DNA of 64,000 nt from Eledone cirrhosa (lineage: Eukaryota): contig OZ024747.1 of the NCBI GenBank assembly GCA_964016885.1, positions 186,001 to 250,000 on the forward strand, written 5' to 3'. Of this stretch, positions 26,618 to 45,210 are shown one piece after another. Made by a program: the position numbers and the translations under genes. The notes under the pieces are model-generated. The model was not told where the DNA came from, did no database searches, and worked only from the letters and a program-made list of their open reading frames with translations. Positions within the stretch are counted from its first letter, which is position 1, and each line of letters starts with the position of its first letter.

Positions 26618-26756
26618 GAGACAGTTTTTTACCTACTGCCTTGATGCCGTCTCCAGTTACCAGGTGGAGCTACAAGCAATCAGCAGCACTGACCATGACG
26701 TGCGTCAACTTGTAAACAAATATCGCTCAGTTCAAGCAAAGCTGGAACGAATGTAA
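26618..26756 (+). CDS. NUP155: NUP155 last coding exon (RQFFTYCLDAVSSYQVELQAISSTDHDVRQLVNKYRSVQAKLERM*)
   Basis: Long pyrimidine tract plus AG, phase 2 start, TAA at 26754-26756; matches the NUP155 C-terminus CLDAV..YLVELQ...SLQAKLERL. Confidence 0.93.
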
Positions 26757-27022
26757 ATTAAATTACAACAGAATTTGCTGACTTCTGCTTGTTCGACAAT
26801 GACAATGGTGTTGCCTTGCCAAGGGGCTAACTGGCCCCACTGACTGATTCTTCAGAGCCTGCTGATTCTTCTCTCTCTCTCTCTCCTATTTTGCCTAAAG
26901 CCGACCTGTTCATAAGGACCATTCTGCTGGAGTTGTTGGCTATCAGTGGTCACTGACATCAACAATAATAACTTTCTCTGTTTGCAGTTGTGTGAATGTT
27001 ATGTGTGTGTGTGTATATAAAT

Positions 27023-27080
<58 letters not shown>

Positions 27081-27632
27081 CCTGCTGAGAACAATTTTCC
27101 TTTCATGATTTCTGGATTGATAAAATCAAAAGTGCCAGTCCATGGCAGTGGATTGGCAGAATTGTTAGAACATCAGAAGAGATGCTATACAGTATTTGTT
27201 CTGGCTCTCTACGATATGAGTTCAAATCTCACTATGGCATACTTTGGTGGTAGATGTAATCCATTGCTCTGTTTAACAGCACCACCTGGTCTTTTGGTGC
27301 CCTTAGCAGAGCCCATCTTGTGTTAAGCATTCAGGTCAGATCTCTGTTTCAAGATACTTTGCTTGCTCCCCCAAATATCAGATGTCCTTAAAAAGGTCAT
27401 GAGCACTGCCTGTCCCTTCCTGGCTAAACAGTAAAATATATACATGGCTTAGTTTGAATCTAGCTGTCGAAACAGCTGGAACTCAGCCGTCGGCGTCCCA
27501 ACTCTTTTCCTATATTTGTATATCTATATATAGAAAGCATGTATATTTAGAAAACAGTGAGTGGAATTTGAAAATTGAATTAGGTCTCACCGTAACTTTG
27601 ACTAAATTTAATAGTCACACATATATATATAT

Positions 27633-28050
27633 ATACAATATGTTGAAAAGGTAACACACCAGAGAGAGATATATAGTGCGCTATCAAGAAAACAGGGAAA
27701 AAAACCACCAGTGTATGGAATCTATAACCTATGAAAGGCAGACTATAGACACGATAATTAAAAATATAAATTAAAGCGTAAATAAATACCTTTGTAACTA
27801 TATAGTTATAAAGGTATTTATTTATATTTTTAATTGTCGTGTCTATAGTCTGCCTTTCATAGGTTATAGATTCCATACACTGGTGGTTTTTTCCCTGTTT
27901 TCTTGATAGCGCCCTGTATATCTCTCTCTGGTGTGTTACCTTTTCAACATATTGTATTTTAAAGAGCTCAGGATTTCTTCTCCTTTGAGCACATTATTTA
28001 CAGGGAATAGCGAGGGCTTATGGCTCCGTCAATTTATCGTGATATATATA
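27633..28050. mobile_element. Foldback element: near-perfect palindrome 27633-27957 plus ~90-bp unique tail, between TA tracts
   Basis: Arms are reverse complements centred on AACTAT|ATAGTT (27801/27802); left arm has one ~11-bp extra segment. Confidence 0.85.
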
Positions 28051-28094
28051 TATATTTACACAGAGGTATCCACTATCAGTTGGATATATATATA

Positions 28095-28150
<56 letters not shown>

Positions 28151-28268
28151 CACCAGTACTTGCCCATCTTTTTTTGTTCTGTGGGTTTATATGTCCCATT
28201 ATTATTAGACTGTTGAATTTAGTCAAAGTTACATTGAGACCTAATTCAATTTTCATATATATATATAT

Positions 28269-28670
28269 AAACAAGAAGTGTAAGTCAACAGGTTAAAATT
28301 ACCTTTGTTTATTCATAGCCGCTGCTATATATATTTCAGTGATAAGCCATTATTCAACTGCTATGACCTCATCAGGCAGTAAGAACTTTAAGAGAAAAAA
28401 CAGGAAAACATAATGTTGTAAGATTTTACCTTGTTAATCTATAACAACATTGTTTTCCTGTTTTTTTTCTGTTCAAGTTCTTACTGCCTGATGAGGCCAT
28501 AGCAGTTGAATAATGACATATCACTGAAATATATATAGCAGCGGCTTTTTAACCTGTTGACTTACACTTCTTATTTTTACATTATTCCGGAGTAAACAGA
28601 CCCACCTGTGCACTTCGTTCAGTGTTCTAACCTGCATACTGAAGTGTCGGTAAACAACCAACACATACTC

Positions 28671-28676
<6 letters not shown>
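28269..28676. mobile_element. Foldback element (arms ~28269-28420 and ~28440-28576) plus tail; probable Penelope pLTR remnant
   Basis: Inverted arms, each containing a CTGATGA...GAAA motif; flanked by (TA)n. Confidence 0.8.
28483..28542 (+). ncRNA. Candidate minimal type I hammerhead ribozyme (mirror copy on - strand at 28321-28380)
   Basis: CTGC-CTGATGA-[stem II]-GAAA-TATATA-TA-GCAG; stem II closure is imperfect. Confidence 0.45.
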
Positions 28677-29725
<1,049 letters not shown>

Positions 29726-32120
29726 GCAAAGTTTTATTTAAATTGTTGGGTTAACAACGAGTAAATATTTATAACTGATATAAAAGCACTCAACAAGTAT
29801 TTGGAGTATATTTACGATATTAAATAAATGGAAACTATATTTATAAAACCATATTTATTTCATTATATATATTTCAGGGATATCATATTAAAAATATGTT
29901 ATGCCTTCTTTAGACAAAATACAATATAAACAGTCTTATAAATAGATAGATTCGACATACCTTTCAACTTCGACTTCTATTTGAAAAGTTGATTTGGTAG
30001 TGAAAAAATATTAGGGACAGTTATAAAAAGAAAGAAAGAAAAACGAAGAAAAAGAAGAAATGCATGCAACTAAATAGAGAGAGATAGATATAGAGAGATA
30101 GATAGAGAGAAGAAATTCATGTAAAGAAACAGAGAGAGATATATAGAGAGAGGAAAAAAACACAGAGGGAGATAGATAGATAGAGAGAGAGAAGAGAGGA
30201 GAGAGAGAGAGAGAGAAAATATAGAGAGATAGATAGAGATAGAGAGAAAGAAAATAGGTAGTTGGGCACCAGTTGAATGACGTATCAATGATATATTTAT
30301 TTATTTATTTATTTATTTAGCTCTAGTAGAGAGAGATATATGTGGTTAAGAGAGAAAACAGCCGTTACATAGAGAGAAAAGAAAAATATCCAGACATAAA
30401 CGAGGCAGATTTAAAACGCTATGTTTCATCAATGTAAAAAATATCAATTCGTATAAAACAGGCATTATAATGTAAATATCAGTATTCATGAATGAGACAC
30501 GTATCAATAATGTGTGAAAAATAATGATCATATGTCTAGTTTAAAATTCCTAGGTTTATATTAGAGTTGAGATAAAATAGAAGGTTATCCCAGATTTTAT
30601 ACTATATACATCAATGTGAATTTACGTGATCAGCTCTGCAAATTCCTATTTCACACGAAAACGCTATAAAAATTCTAGTATACATATATGTGTACATACA
30701 CACAAATATATATAGAGTCTACATTAATTTTAACAATACTATTCATGTCTTTACTCTACATGATTATCGTTCAAGCATAAATAGAGAACAGATATCAATA
30801 TATCAATAAAAATATCAGAAACAAAAAATAAATAAAAAACAAAAAAATCAAAAAAATATTAAAGATAAAAATATTAAAAATATTAAAAATATTAAAATAA
30901 AAATAAAACATAGTATGCCCCGCAAATCAACCACAGAGATCAACCCTTCAAAGTTAATTGACAATATATTGCCAAGTTCGTTATAAGCATCAGAATCAAA
31001 AGCAAACAAAACCAAAAATTATTTACCAAATCCTGTCTAGCAGAAAACATTCCAAAAGTTTAGGATACCCATTTGATCTACAGTTGGTCTTATATTTAAT
31101 ATAGAATTTTATCTAGTGTAAAATTTATTCGATATATTTGGAGCATCAGCTTTTAGGGTAGTTTAATTATTCATGAAGAATGTTTAAAATAAAAAGGAAT
31201 CGAAAGATTTATCGGCGAGTTTCATAAATAATTATAAATCAAATTAAATATACTACATTTTAAATTTATATTTATATTTAAAAGTTGAGTTCAATCTATG
31301 TCTGCAGCAACTGAATAAATTTGTCCGTAAATTAAGGGAATTTTTAGATTTTAGTATAAAGAATATCTCCTCCGTGCAGAGGTCACATGTCTCAGAGGAT
31401 GAATTAAAAGGAATCCCTCTTGAGACTATATTCCAAGCCGTTGAATATCCAACGTTATCATGCCTAAGTTGCCAGAGTAAGCCTGATAGTGATGTTGAGG
31501 ATTTTTTGCTTGGATCTGTGAAAGAATTCTTGTGGTTATTATAGCGAAGTTTAAATTCTGTCGAGGTGGAACCAACATAGTTAAAAGAATTTAAGTCCGT
31601 TTTAACATTACAGTTGTATATTATATTTTTAACTAAGCAATTGTTATTTAATGGACATTTAGATCTATCTCTACAGTTACATTTGTTAACTTGGATATTA
31701 TTTATGCTATTATCGGTATTTTGGCTAGGTTTTAAATTCCTATTATTTATTCTATTAATATTTTGTGCTAAATTTTTGGTGGATGAGTAGGTTAATTTTA
31801 TAGTATGTCTATTGAAAATTGAGTGATACCTATGTGTTCTAGGGAAGCGATTATCAAGAGCATTAAAAATAGTTTAGCGATGTGGGTTTTAATGTTTAGT
31901 GAGAAAGTTTTATAACTGTCCCTAATATTTTTTCGCTACCAAATCAACTTTTCAAATAGAAGTCGAAGTTGAAAGGTATGTCGAATCTATCTATTTATAA
32001 GACTGTTTATATTGTATTTTGTCTGAAGAAGGCATAACATATTTTTAATATGATATCCCTGAAATATATATAATGAAATAAATATGGTTTTATAAATATA
32101 GTTTCCATTTATTTAATATC

Positions 32121-32123
<3 letters not shown>
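29726..32123 (-). mobile_element. 5'-truncated Penelope-like element: GIY-YIG endonuclease end, long 3' region, and an inverted ~216-bp terminal copy
   Basis: Minus-strand translation of ~31907-31280 (not in the ORF track): HSIFNRHTIKLTYS...CNCRDRSKCPLNNNCLVKNIIYNC...YVGSTSTEFKLRYNNH...CDLCTEE...CRH; inverted repeats 29813-30028 and 31908-32123. Confidence 0.88.
32016..32079 (+). ncRNA. Candidate minimal type I hammerhead ribozyme in the inverted Penelope repeat
   Basis: ATTTTGT-CTGAAGA-AGG...CCT-GAAA-TATATA-TA-ATGAAAT; stem I has 7 bp including 2 G-U pairs. Confidence 0.6.
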
Positions 32124-32180
<57 letters not shown>

Positions 32181-32184
32181 GTAT

Positions 32185-32242
<58 letters not shown>

Positions 32243-32243
32243 G

Positions 32244-32293
<50 letters not shown>

Positions 32294-32299
32294 AATATG

Positions 32300-32398
<99 letters not shown>

Positions 32399-32435
32399 GT
32401 ATATATATGTATATATATATATATGTATATATATG

Positions 32436-32482
<47 letters not shown>

Positions 32483-32518
32483 GTATATATATGTATATAT
32501 AATATATGTATATATATG

Positions 32519-32616
<98 letters not shown>

Positions 32617-32702
32617 TATGTATGTATATATATATACATGTATATATATATATATGTATATATATATGTATGTATATATATATACATGTATATATATATA
32701 TG

Positions 32703-32733
<31 letters not shown>

Positions 32734-32785
32734 GTATATATATATACATGTATATATATATATGTATATATATATGTATATATAT

Positions 32786-32848
<63 letters not shown>

Positions 32849-32871
32849 GATATATATATACATATATATAG

Positions 32872-32910
<39 letters not shown>

Positions 32911-32931
32911 GATATATATATACATATATAT

Positions 32932-32976
<45 letters not shown>

Positions 32977-32987
32977 TCATGATGATG

Positions 32988-33031
<44 letters not shown>

Positions 33032-33308
33032 GTATATGTATATATATATATGTATATGTATATATATATATGTATATGTATATATATATATATGTATATG
33101 TATATCTATATATATATATCTATATAAATGTATATCTATATATATATATGTATATCTATATATATGTATATCTATATATATGTGTGTATATCTATATATA
33201 TATATATGTCTATATCTATATATATATATATGTATATCTATATATATATATGTGTATATCTATATATATGTGTGTATATCTATATATATATGTGTATATA
33301 TATATATG

Positions 33309-33339
<31 letters not shown>

Positions 33340-33365
33340 GTATATATATGTATACTGTATATATG

Positions 33366-33428
<63 letters not shown>

Positions 33429-33449
33429 GTATATGTATATGTATATATG

Positions 33450-33480
<31 letters not shown>

Positions 33481-33489
33481 GTATATATA

Positions 33490-33540
<51 letters not shown>

Positions 33541-33545
33541 GTATG

Positions 33546-33686
<141 letters not shown>

Positions 33687-33799
33687 GTATATATGTATAT
33701 ATATATGTATATATGTATATATATATGTATATATGTATATGTATATATATATGTATATATATATATATATGTATATATATATGTATATATATATATATG

Positions 33800-33831
<32 letters not shown>

Positions 33832-33855
33832 TGTATATATATGTATATATATATG

Positions 33856-33912
<57 letters not shown>

Positions 33913-33953
33913 GTATATGTATATATATATGTATATATATGTATATATATATG

Positions 33954-33986
<33 letters not shown>

Positions 33987-34039
33987 GTATATATATATAT
34001 GTATATATATGTATATATATATATGTATATATATATATG

Positions 34040-34134
<95 letters not shown>

Positions 34135-34351
34135 GTATATATATGTATATATATATGTATATATATATGTATATATATATGTATATGTATATATATATGT
34201 ATATATATATGTATATATATATGTATATATATGTATATATATATGTATATATATATGTATATATATATGTATATATATATGTATATATATATGTATATGT
34301 ATATATGTATATGTATATATATATGTATATATATATATATATGTGTATATA

Positions 34352-34394
<43 letters not shown>

Positions 34395-34395
34395 G

Positions 34396-34566
<171 letters not shown>

Positions 34567-34619
34567 GTGTATATATATATATGTATATATGTGTATATAT
34601 ATATATATATGAATATATA

Positions 34620-34895
<276 letters not shown>

Positions 34896-34913
34896 TGTAT
34901 ATGTATATATATG

Positions 34914-34946
<33 letters not shown>

Positions 34947-34957
34947 GTATATATATG

Positions 34958-35054
<97 letters not shown>

Positions 35055-35055
35055 G

Positions 35056-35102
<47 letters not shown>

Positions 35103-35121
35103 GTATATGTATATATATATG

Positions 35122-35154
<33 letters not shown>

Positions 35155-35203
35155 GTATATATATATATGTATATATATATATATGTATGTATATATATAT
35201 ATG

Positions 35204-35250
<47 letters not shown>

Positions 35251-35303
35251 GTATATATATGTATATATATATGTATATATATATATGTGTATATATATAT
35301 GTG

Positions 35304-35335
<32 letters not shown>

Positions 35336-35339
35336 TGTG

Positions 35340-35371
<32 letters not shown>

Positions 35372-35375
35372 TGTG

Positions 35376-35444
<69 letters not shown>

Positions 35445-35467
35445 GTATATATATATGTATATATGTG

Positions 35468-35516
<49 letters not shown>

Positions 35517-35609
35517 GTATATATGTGTATATATATATATGTATATATATATGTATATATATGTATATATATATATATGTATATATATAAGTATATATGT
35601 ATATATATA

Positions 35610-35905
35610 TCAACACGGTAAAAACCTCCCAGCCCCACACTGTAAATGTGGTTGGTGTGAGGAAGGGCATCCAGCTGTAGAAAACCCGCCAGACAGTCCA
35701 CGCTGTAATGTGGCCGTGTAGGCAACATGGTAAAAACCTCCCAGCCCCACACTGTAAATGTGATTGGTGTTAGGAAGGGCATCCAGCTGTAGAAAACCCG
35801 CCAGATAGTCCTATGCGAGCAAGATAATCACCCTTGCCTCAAGTGGGAAAACCCCCGTCCAAAACCATGCAAGCGTGGAATACGGACGTTAAAGGTTGAT
35901 GATGA

Positions 35906-35910
<5 letters not shown>
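35610..35910 (+). mobile_element. 3' UTR fragment of the RTE family with an internal tandem duplication and GATGAT tail
   Basis: Reverse complement of 18745-18960. Confidence 0.85.
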
Positions 35911-37525
<1,615 letters not shown>

Positions 37526-37536
37526 ATATATATATG

Positions 37537-37621
<85 letters not shown>

Positions 37622-37972
37622 GTATATGTATATGTATATATATATGTATATATATATGTATATGTATATGTATATATATATGTATATATATATATATGTA
37701 TATATATATGTATATATATATATGTATATGTATATGTATATATATATATATGTATATATATATGTATATGTATATGTATATATATATGTATATATATATA
37801 TATGTATATATATATGTATATATATATGTATATGTATATATATATGTATATATATATGTATATATATATGTATATGTATATATATATGTATATATATATG
37901 TATATATATATGTATATGTATATATATATGTATATATATATGTATATGTATATATATATGTATATATATATG

Positions 37973-38151
<179 letters not shown>

Positions 38152-38164
38152 GTATATATATATG

Positions 38165-38229
<65 letters not shown>

Positions 38230-38284
38230 GTATATATATGTATATATATATATGTATATGTATATATATGTATATATATATATG

Positions 38285-38368
<84 letters not shown>

Positions 38369-38369
38369 G

Positions 38370-38400
<31 letters not shown>

Positions 38401-38431
38401 GATATATATATATATATATGTATATATATAG

Positions 38432-38464
<33 letters not shown>

Positions 38465-38465
38465 G

Positions 38466-38496
<31 letters not shown>

Positions 38497-38497
38497 G

Positions 38498-38531
<34 letters not shown>

Positions 38532-38549
38532 GTATATATATATATATAG

Positions 38550-38631
<82 letters not shown>

Positions 38632-38663
38632 ATATATGTATATATGTATATATATATATATAC

Positions 38664-38697
<34 letters not shown>

Positions 38698-38710
38698 CTA
38701 TATATATATC

Positions 38711-38760
<50 letters not shown>

Positions 38761-38784
38761 CATATATATATATATGTATATATG

Positions 38785-38856
<72 letters not shown>

Positions 38857-38886
38857 TGTATATATATAATATATGTATATATATAG

Positions 38887-38920
<34 letters not shown>

Positions 38921-39118
38921 GTATATATATATATATAGATATATATATATATGTATATATAAATATGTATATATATATATATATGTAATATATATATATA
39001 TAGATATATATATATATGTATATATATATATGTATATATATGTATATATGTATATATATATATATACATATATATATAATACATATTTAATATACATATA
39101 TATATATATATATATATC

Positions 39119-39150
<32 letters not shown>

Positions 39151-39174
39151 CATATATGTATATATATATATATC

Positions 39175-39383
<209 letters not shown>

Positions 39384-39386
39384 GTT

Positions 39387-39455
<69 letters not shown>

Positions 39456-39764
39456 GTATATATATATGTATATATATGTATATATATGTATATATATGTG
39501 TATATATATGTATATATATGTGTATATATATGTGTATATATATGTGTATATATATGTATATATATGTGTATATATATGTATATATATGTGTATATATATG
39601 TGTATATATATGTATATATATGTGTATATATATGTGTATATATATGTATATATATGTGTATATATATGTGTATATATATGTGTATATATATATGTGTATA
39701 TATGTGTATATATATATGTGTATATATATATGTGTATATATATGTGTATATATATATGTATATA

Positions 39765-39925
39765 TCATCATCATTTTACGTCCACTTTTCCCTGCTTGCA
39801 AGGGTGGGACGGGAACTGATTCTGGCTTGATTTCTACAGCTGGATGCCCTCCTAACACCAACCTCATTTACAGTGAGTGCTGGGTGCTTTTTTGCCGTGG
39901 CACCTCCACGACCACTTTACAGTGG
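39765..39925 (-). mobile_element. RTE 3' end fragment
   Basis: CATCATCATTTTACGTCC...CTTGCAAGGGTGGGACGGG is the reverse complement of 21795-21845. Confidence 0.75.
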
Positions 39926-39944
39926 AGTGATAGGGACCCCAGTC

Positions 39945-40097
39945 CCTATCATCTCATTTCTCCAGCTGAATAAACTGGAGTAATGTGAAATAAAGTGTCT
40001 TGCTCAAGGAAACAACACATCACCCGGTCTGAGAATTGAACTCAGAACCTTTTGATTGCAAGCCCAATGCTCTGACCACTAAGCCATGTCCCTCCAT
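39945..40097 (-). mobile_element. tRNA-derived SINE of a second family; another copy at ~57960-58078
   Basis: Minus strand has A-box-like TGGCTTAGTGG, B-box-like GAGTTCAATTC, then TTCCTTGAGCAAGACACT. Confidence 0.7.
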
Positions 40098-40164
40098 GTA
40101 TATATATGTATATGTGTATATATATATATGTATATATATGTGTATATATATATATGTATATGTG

Positions 40165-40200
<36 letters not shown>

Positions 40201-40444
40201 TATGTATGTATATATATATGTATGTATATATATATGTATGTATATATATATATATATATATGTATGTATATATATATGTATGTATATATATATGTATGTA
40301 TATATATATGAATGTATATATATATATGTGTATATATATATGTATGTATATGTATATATATGTAGATATATATAATTTGTATGTATGTATGTATGTATAT
40401 GTAGAAAATTTCCATAGGTGAGTAAAAAGGAGAAGAGAGCTGAT

Positions 40445-40637
40445 ATATTATATTATTTATTTATGTTCATACACAGAACAAAATCACTACCTTAGGTTTT
40501 ATGACTTATTATTGACCATATCCCCAAAACTCGTTCAAGCTCCTAAAGATTATAACCTGGAAATATGGTCAATATTGGTCCTTGAAACCTTAGGTAGCAC
40601 TTTTGTTCTGTGCAAGAACATAAATAAATAAATATAT
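40445..40637. repeat. Older, degenerate foldback element
   Basis: ATTTATTTATGTTC..CACAGAACAAAA..CTACCT pairs with AGGTAG..TTTTGTTCTGTG..GAACATAAATAAAT. Confidence 0.75.
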
Positions 40638-40993
40638 GTATATATATATAGTCAGGTTGTTGAGTAATGATTATTATTGGAGTTAACAATTTTAGCATTC
40701 AATGCAATTACAGGATTGGGATATTTAGTATATATGATTGTAGGATTATATGCTGTTGTCCATTTGGTATTGATGTATGTCACAGTGTTTGTGTCAAAAA
40801 TAGTGCGAAATTTGGATTTAACGTTTATTTTTTCATATACATGCATGAAACCTGTTTCCCAAATGATCAGCTCAAAACCACTAATAATACAGCAATCCAC
40901 ACATCTCTAGATGTGATTTTCAGCTGTTTAGTTGGGAAACATTTGTTATGCAAGTATATGGATGAAAATTTGTTAAATTGAAATTTCTCTCTC

Positions 40994-41029
<36 letters not shown>

Positions 41030-41221
41030 ACTCACTCTGACAAGTATTTCTTGTTTAATTTCCCCTGCAACAATCTGACAAATACACACACACACTATAT
41101 CAGGTCTGGTTTGAGAATAACTTTCACTCATTAAGTCTTGGAGGTCTTGAAATGGTGTTTAGAGTTGTCCTTCTTCCTCTAATAAGTGGTTGAAAATATA
41201 CATATTAAAACACACACACGC

Positions 41222-41278
<57 letters not shown>

Positions 41279-42529
41279 ATAATACACACATACATGCCTG
41301 CACAGGTGTTGCTGTAGTTTGCCAACACCACAGTCAAACATTAGCTGTAATTTTTTTTTCATTCTCTTGATATTTTCCTAGACAAAAATAATAATATTAT
41401 TATTATTGTTGTTATGTTATCATTATATTTCTTTTATATTCATTCTTCTTTTAAACTTATTTCTCTCCAATATGGGTATAAATTTTGTTGCAATTTAGCT
41501 GTGATGTTTTATTTTTATTTTTATTTTTTGTTTCTCCTTCCCTCCCTCCTTTTCTCTCTAACTTTCTTTCTCTCTTATTTCTCTCTTCATGTATTTTTTT
41601 CTTTGTTTAGAAGATATTGAACACTTATAATGTAGACACAAACAACTATAAATATACAAACTCAAATATATATGAACACTTATGCACACAACACACTCAC
41701 TCACTCACACACCCATATACATGCACTTATGCATGTAAAATCTAATAAGAGAATGACAGAGGTATATGTCTAAGAATCAGGCCATTGAACCTCTCTGTTG
41801 CAGTTTGGTACATGTGTGTGTTGTATATGTTACCCAGCCAGGTTTGAATGATTTCCAATGTTTATCCCACATTTTCTCGTGCTTTTCCCATTTGGGGTGG
41901 GTTGTGGTGTTCCTAAATAGGCCTGCCCAGGCACAGATATAGGGCCAGTTTTCTGAACAGTTGCAGGTGACTATCACATCTTCCGCCAATGTGTAGGTCA
42001 AAACATTACATCTAATTCCTCTTATGCTTAACTTTTCTCTCAGCTTATATTCTGTCATTCATACACATTAATATTACACATCCACTTGTATATACTTCCT
42101 TCATTTCCTAATATAAGTACATAAGAAAAGTGATATGCTGCTGACACCATCTAAAGAAGGCTTGATATGTTAGACTGCACAAAATGGAAATTAAGAAGTA
42201 AGATAGCCATGGTAAACCACATCAAATTGATTGCTAGATGGACTGAGCCATGTGGAAGATAAGTTTCTAGATAGTAAAATGTGCCTGCTACAATCAGGGT
42301 TTGAACCACTAACCTATCAATTACCAGTTTAACCCTATAGTATTCACATTACTCTATATTTACTATTGTATTTTCACAGAAAACACTTTATTTCACATAA
42401 TATCGAATCTGAGATTTTGATATTATTTATTTTGAGAACAATACCTTAACATCAGTATGAACGACCAGTTACAACTGGTTTGAACAGAAGGAGGTGATAA
42501 TTCTGGCTGGATATGGCCAGTTTAAATCG

Positions 42530-43250
42530 GACCTAATTAACCTTATTAAAGAAGAGAAACAACTACATAAATAACTTTCAACAAGATATGAAAGATCGCC
42601 TACTCTCCTTCAAAAACTGTTCATGTGGGCCAATAAAACCAAAAATACTTATGAGCTAGATAGACAATCTTACAATCCATTCCTGCTCAATATCATCACA
42701 AACTAATCATGGAATAAATAACGTAATTAATGACGAGGCAAAAAACATGGCAGTTCAACTCAGAATAGTTGATAAGACCCTATCACCCACCAAATAGTTA
42801 AAAATCTCTCTCTCCTCAAACAAGTATATATTTGCCACCAGTATCCCCTACTTCAATGGTGCATTACAAAAAGTAACTTTAATGAGATGCTTACATCTAG
42901 CATGGCCAAGTCACAAACAGAAAACATAGAACCAGGAAGATCACCTAGTGTAATTCTTCTTACAGCTTTAATGTGTCTATGAACATAACTGGATACTTTC
43001 TTCTCCATCACACACCAACACTAAGATGTTCAAGAAAAACACAGTTAAGGTAGGCTATAGCTTACAATATAGGATCGCAGATTCTCAATAACAGCAAAAA
43101 AAAAAAAAAAAAAAAAAAAGGGATTCACCAATAACACGTCCCAAGAATCTCATGGTTGTAATTGTATTGACTGCCCTCTGGATAAATGCCTGTCTAGAGA
43201 GCTATAAAGCCAAAGTATAGGGAAAAACATATACTTTCAGGGCCTGTTTC
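42530..43250 (+). mobile_element. Highly decayed Penelope-like remnant
   Basis: Broken frames resembling RKIT..N..YS.NV, FKKNTVKVGYS and CNC..CPL..CL. Confidence 0.45.
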
Positions 43251-44905
43251 TCTCAACACCTGCTTTTGTTCAAGAATAGGCACTTTAAAAATAATGGTAT
43301 TGAAAACGCTAACATTAAATGGAGTATTGTGCACCAGAGAAAAGTTAAGTATCCTTGCTTTATCAAGCATTATCCTGAACTTAAGTTGAGAAACAATCTT
43401 TCTTTGCCTGCATACAAGCAAGTTTAGCCCATGTCTCTTCAAGCACATCCCTGTCTTGGGTGATACCCACCTACAAACTGGATAATTACTGGTATTACTA
43501 AACCACCCAACCATACTAGATAGTGATGTGTATCAGAATGTACAGATAGCGGATGTTCCACCTAAAGCTCCAGCTCCCTCCTCTAGTAATACCCTCACCT
43601 ACCCAACCCATATCCACCCATACTTGACTCTGTTTTCATGCTACAAGTGATAATCCCCTATCCCTACCTAGTACCCTGGTGTCTGTAATCCACAATTTAT
43701 GCATTAGAGCTACAGATTATAGAATGTACCTCCCTACTCACACAGATTCAACTATTGCAATTCTTTCAATCCTTCTAAACTTGGTACCTTGTGGATCATC
43801 ATCATTATTTAAAGTCTGCTTTCCTTGCTAGGGCTATATAGACCAAATCTACTGAAACAGGACTACTGACCTTCCAAACAGGCCAGGGATCTACATCTCA
43901 TTTATGGTCTCAAGTTCTACCAAGTACACAGGATAGGGTGTCATGTCTTTGATACAACTGAAGGATCCTCCCTCTATGCAACCTATTGCAGTAATTCTGT
44001 ATCTATTGCTATTTTTCTATGCTTTGTAAACTGGACAACCTAACATTGCAACTTTTAAGCTTTGCATCTTGTTTTTCCATGTGTGTGGATGTTGTTGTTA
44101 TCTCCAAGCTCTCACACACACACGTAGCGTGTCTATTTATATAGATGTCTCCTAATACACACAAAATATGTGTTTAAGGGAAATCGGAAAATCAGAGTAG
44201 TGATGGAATGAAACATCAGTTATGATTAAATGTATATGAAAGAAGGAAGTTGGAAGGAAGCCACAGTAGTGAAAGACCTGAGTGGAGGTTGTGAGAACTG
44301 ATCTCAAATGGCTGAGATTCACAGTGGAGATGATGAATGTGATGAGTAGAGAGATGCTGTGTCTAACCCATGCAAGGTGTAAAATTATGATGATGAGCTT
44401 GTGTCAGCCTGGATATGTGATATGTATGGAGAATAGGTAAAGAAGTACTTAATAAGCCAAGTAGAAAGAACTTGCTGAAGAGAAAGTAACAAGATGAAAT
44501 GGAGAAATCTTATCTCAGAATGTTGAACCTCACAAAGGTGATGAGTGACTAAGCAGGGAGACATTGTGATAGAGATCTACCTAACACATGCAAACATTGG
44601 ATGGTGGTGGTGGGCAAACAGACACAAAAATGGTAGAATATTGGCATTGAGGTCTCTGAGTTAAAATTGAAGAGTTCAATACTTGTTTATGGGGAAATGT
44701 ATCAATATGATCAACTGTGATAACTTTGTGTGAAACTGATGTATGGATATAATTATATAATTATCAACACACAAGTAATGTCTTACAACTCATTAAGATG
44801 CCACTGAAAATGTTTGTCTTCATGATGCAATAAATTGAGCCCTCTCCGTTTTAAACAGAAACACTAGTTATACATACACGTGTGAGTGTATAATATATGT
44901 ATATA

Positions 44906-45210
44906 TATACAAGGGTTGGCACAAAGTTCATATGCTGACCAAGTAACTCTCATAGAATGAGACCAAATGAGGTTTATTTTTCAACATAGTCCTTTTTGCA
45001 GTGTTCGAATCCTATTGCTGAAAACACTTTCATCTGGTTGGTCTCATCAACAGCAAATATAATATCATTACTGCAATACTGGTTTTCAGCCAAATTAGGA
45101 GAATAGGTAGGGTGATCAACCTGTTCAAAGCCACAGTTACGCACAACAGTCATTGAAACCAAGGACTTATGTGCTGGAGAATTGTTCTCATGAAACAAGA
45201 CCCCTTTCGG
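44906..45210 (-). mobile_element. Mariner/Tc1 transposase 3' remnant with TIR-like end
   Basis: FHENNSPAHKS and DHPTYSPNLA resemble HDNAPAH and HPPYSPDLA; TA followed by TACAAGGGTTGG terminus. Confidence 0.7.

Noticed and set aside
39945-40097. tRNA gene
   Set aside because: A/B-box-like motifs are present but I see no full cloverleaf, and it continues into a SINE body.
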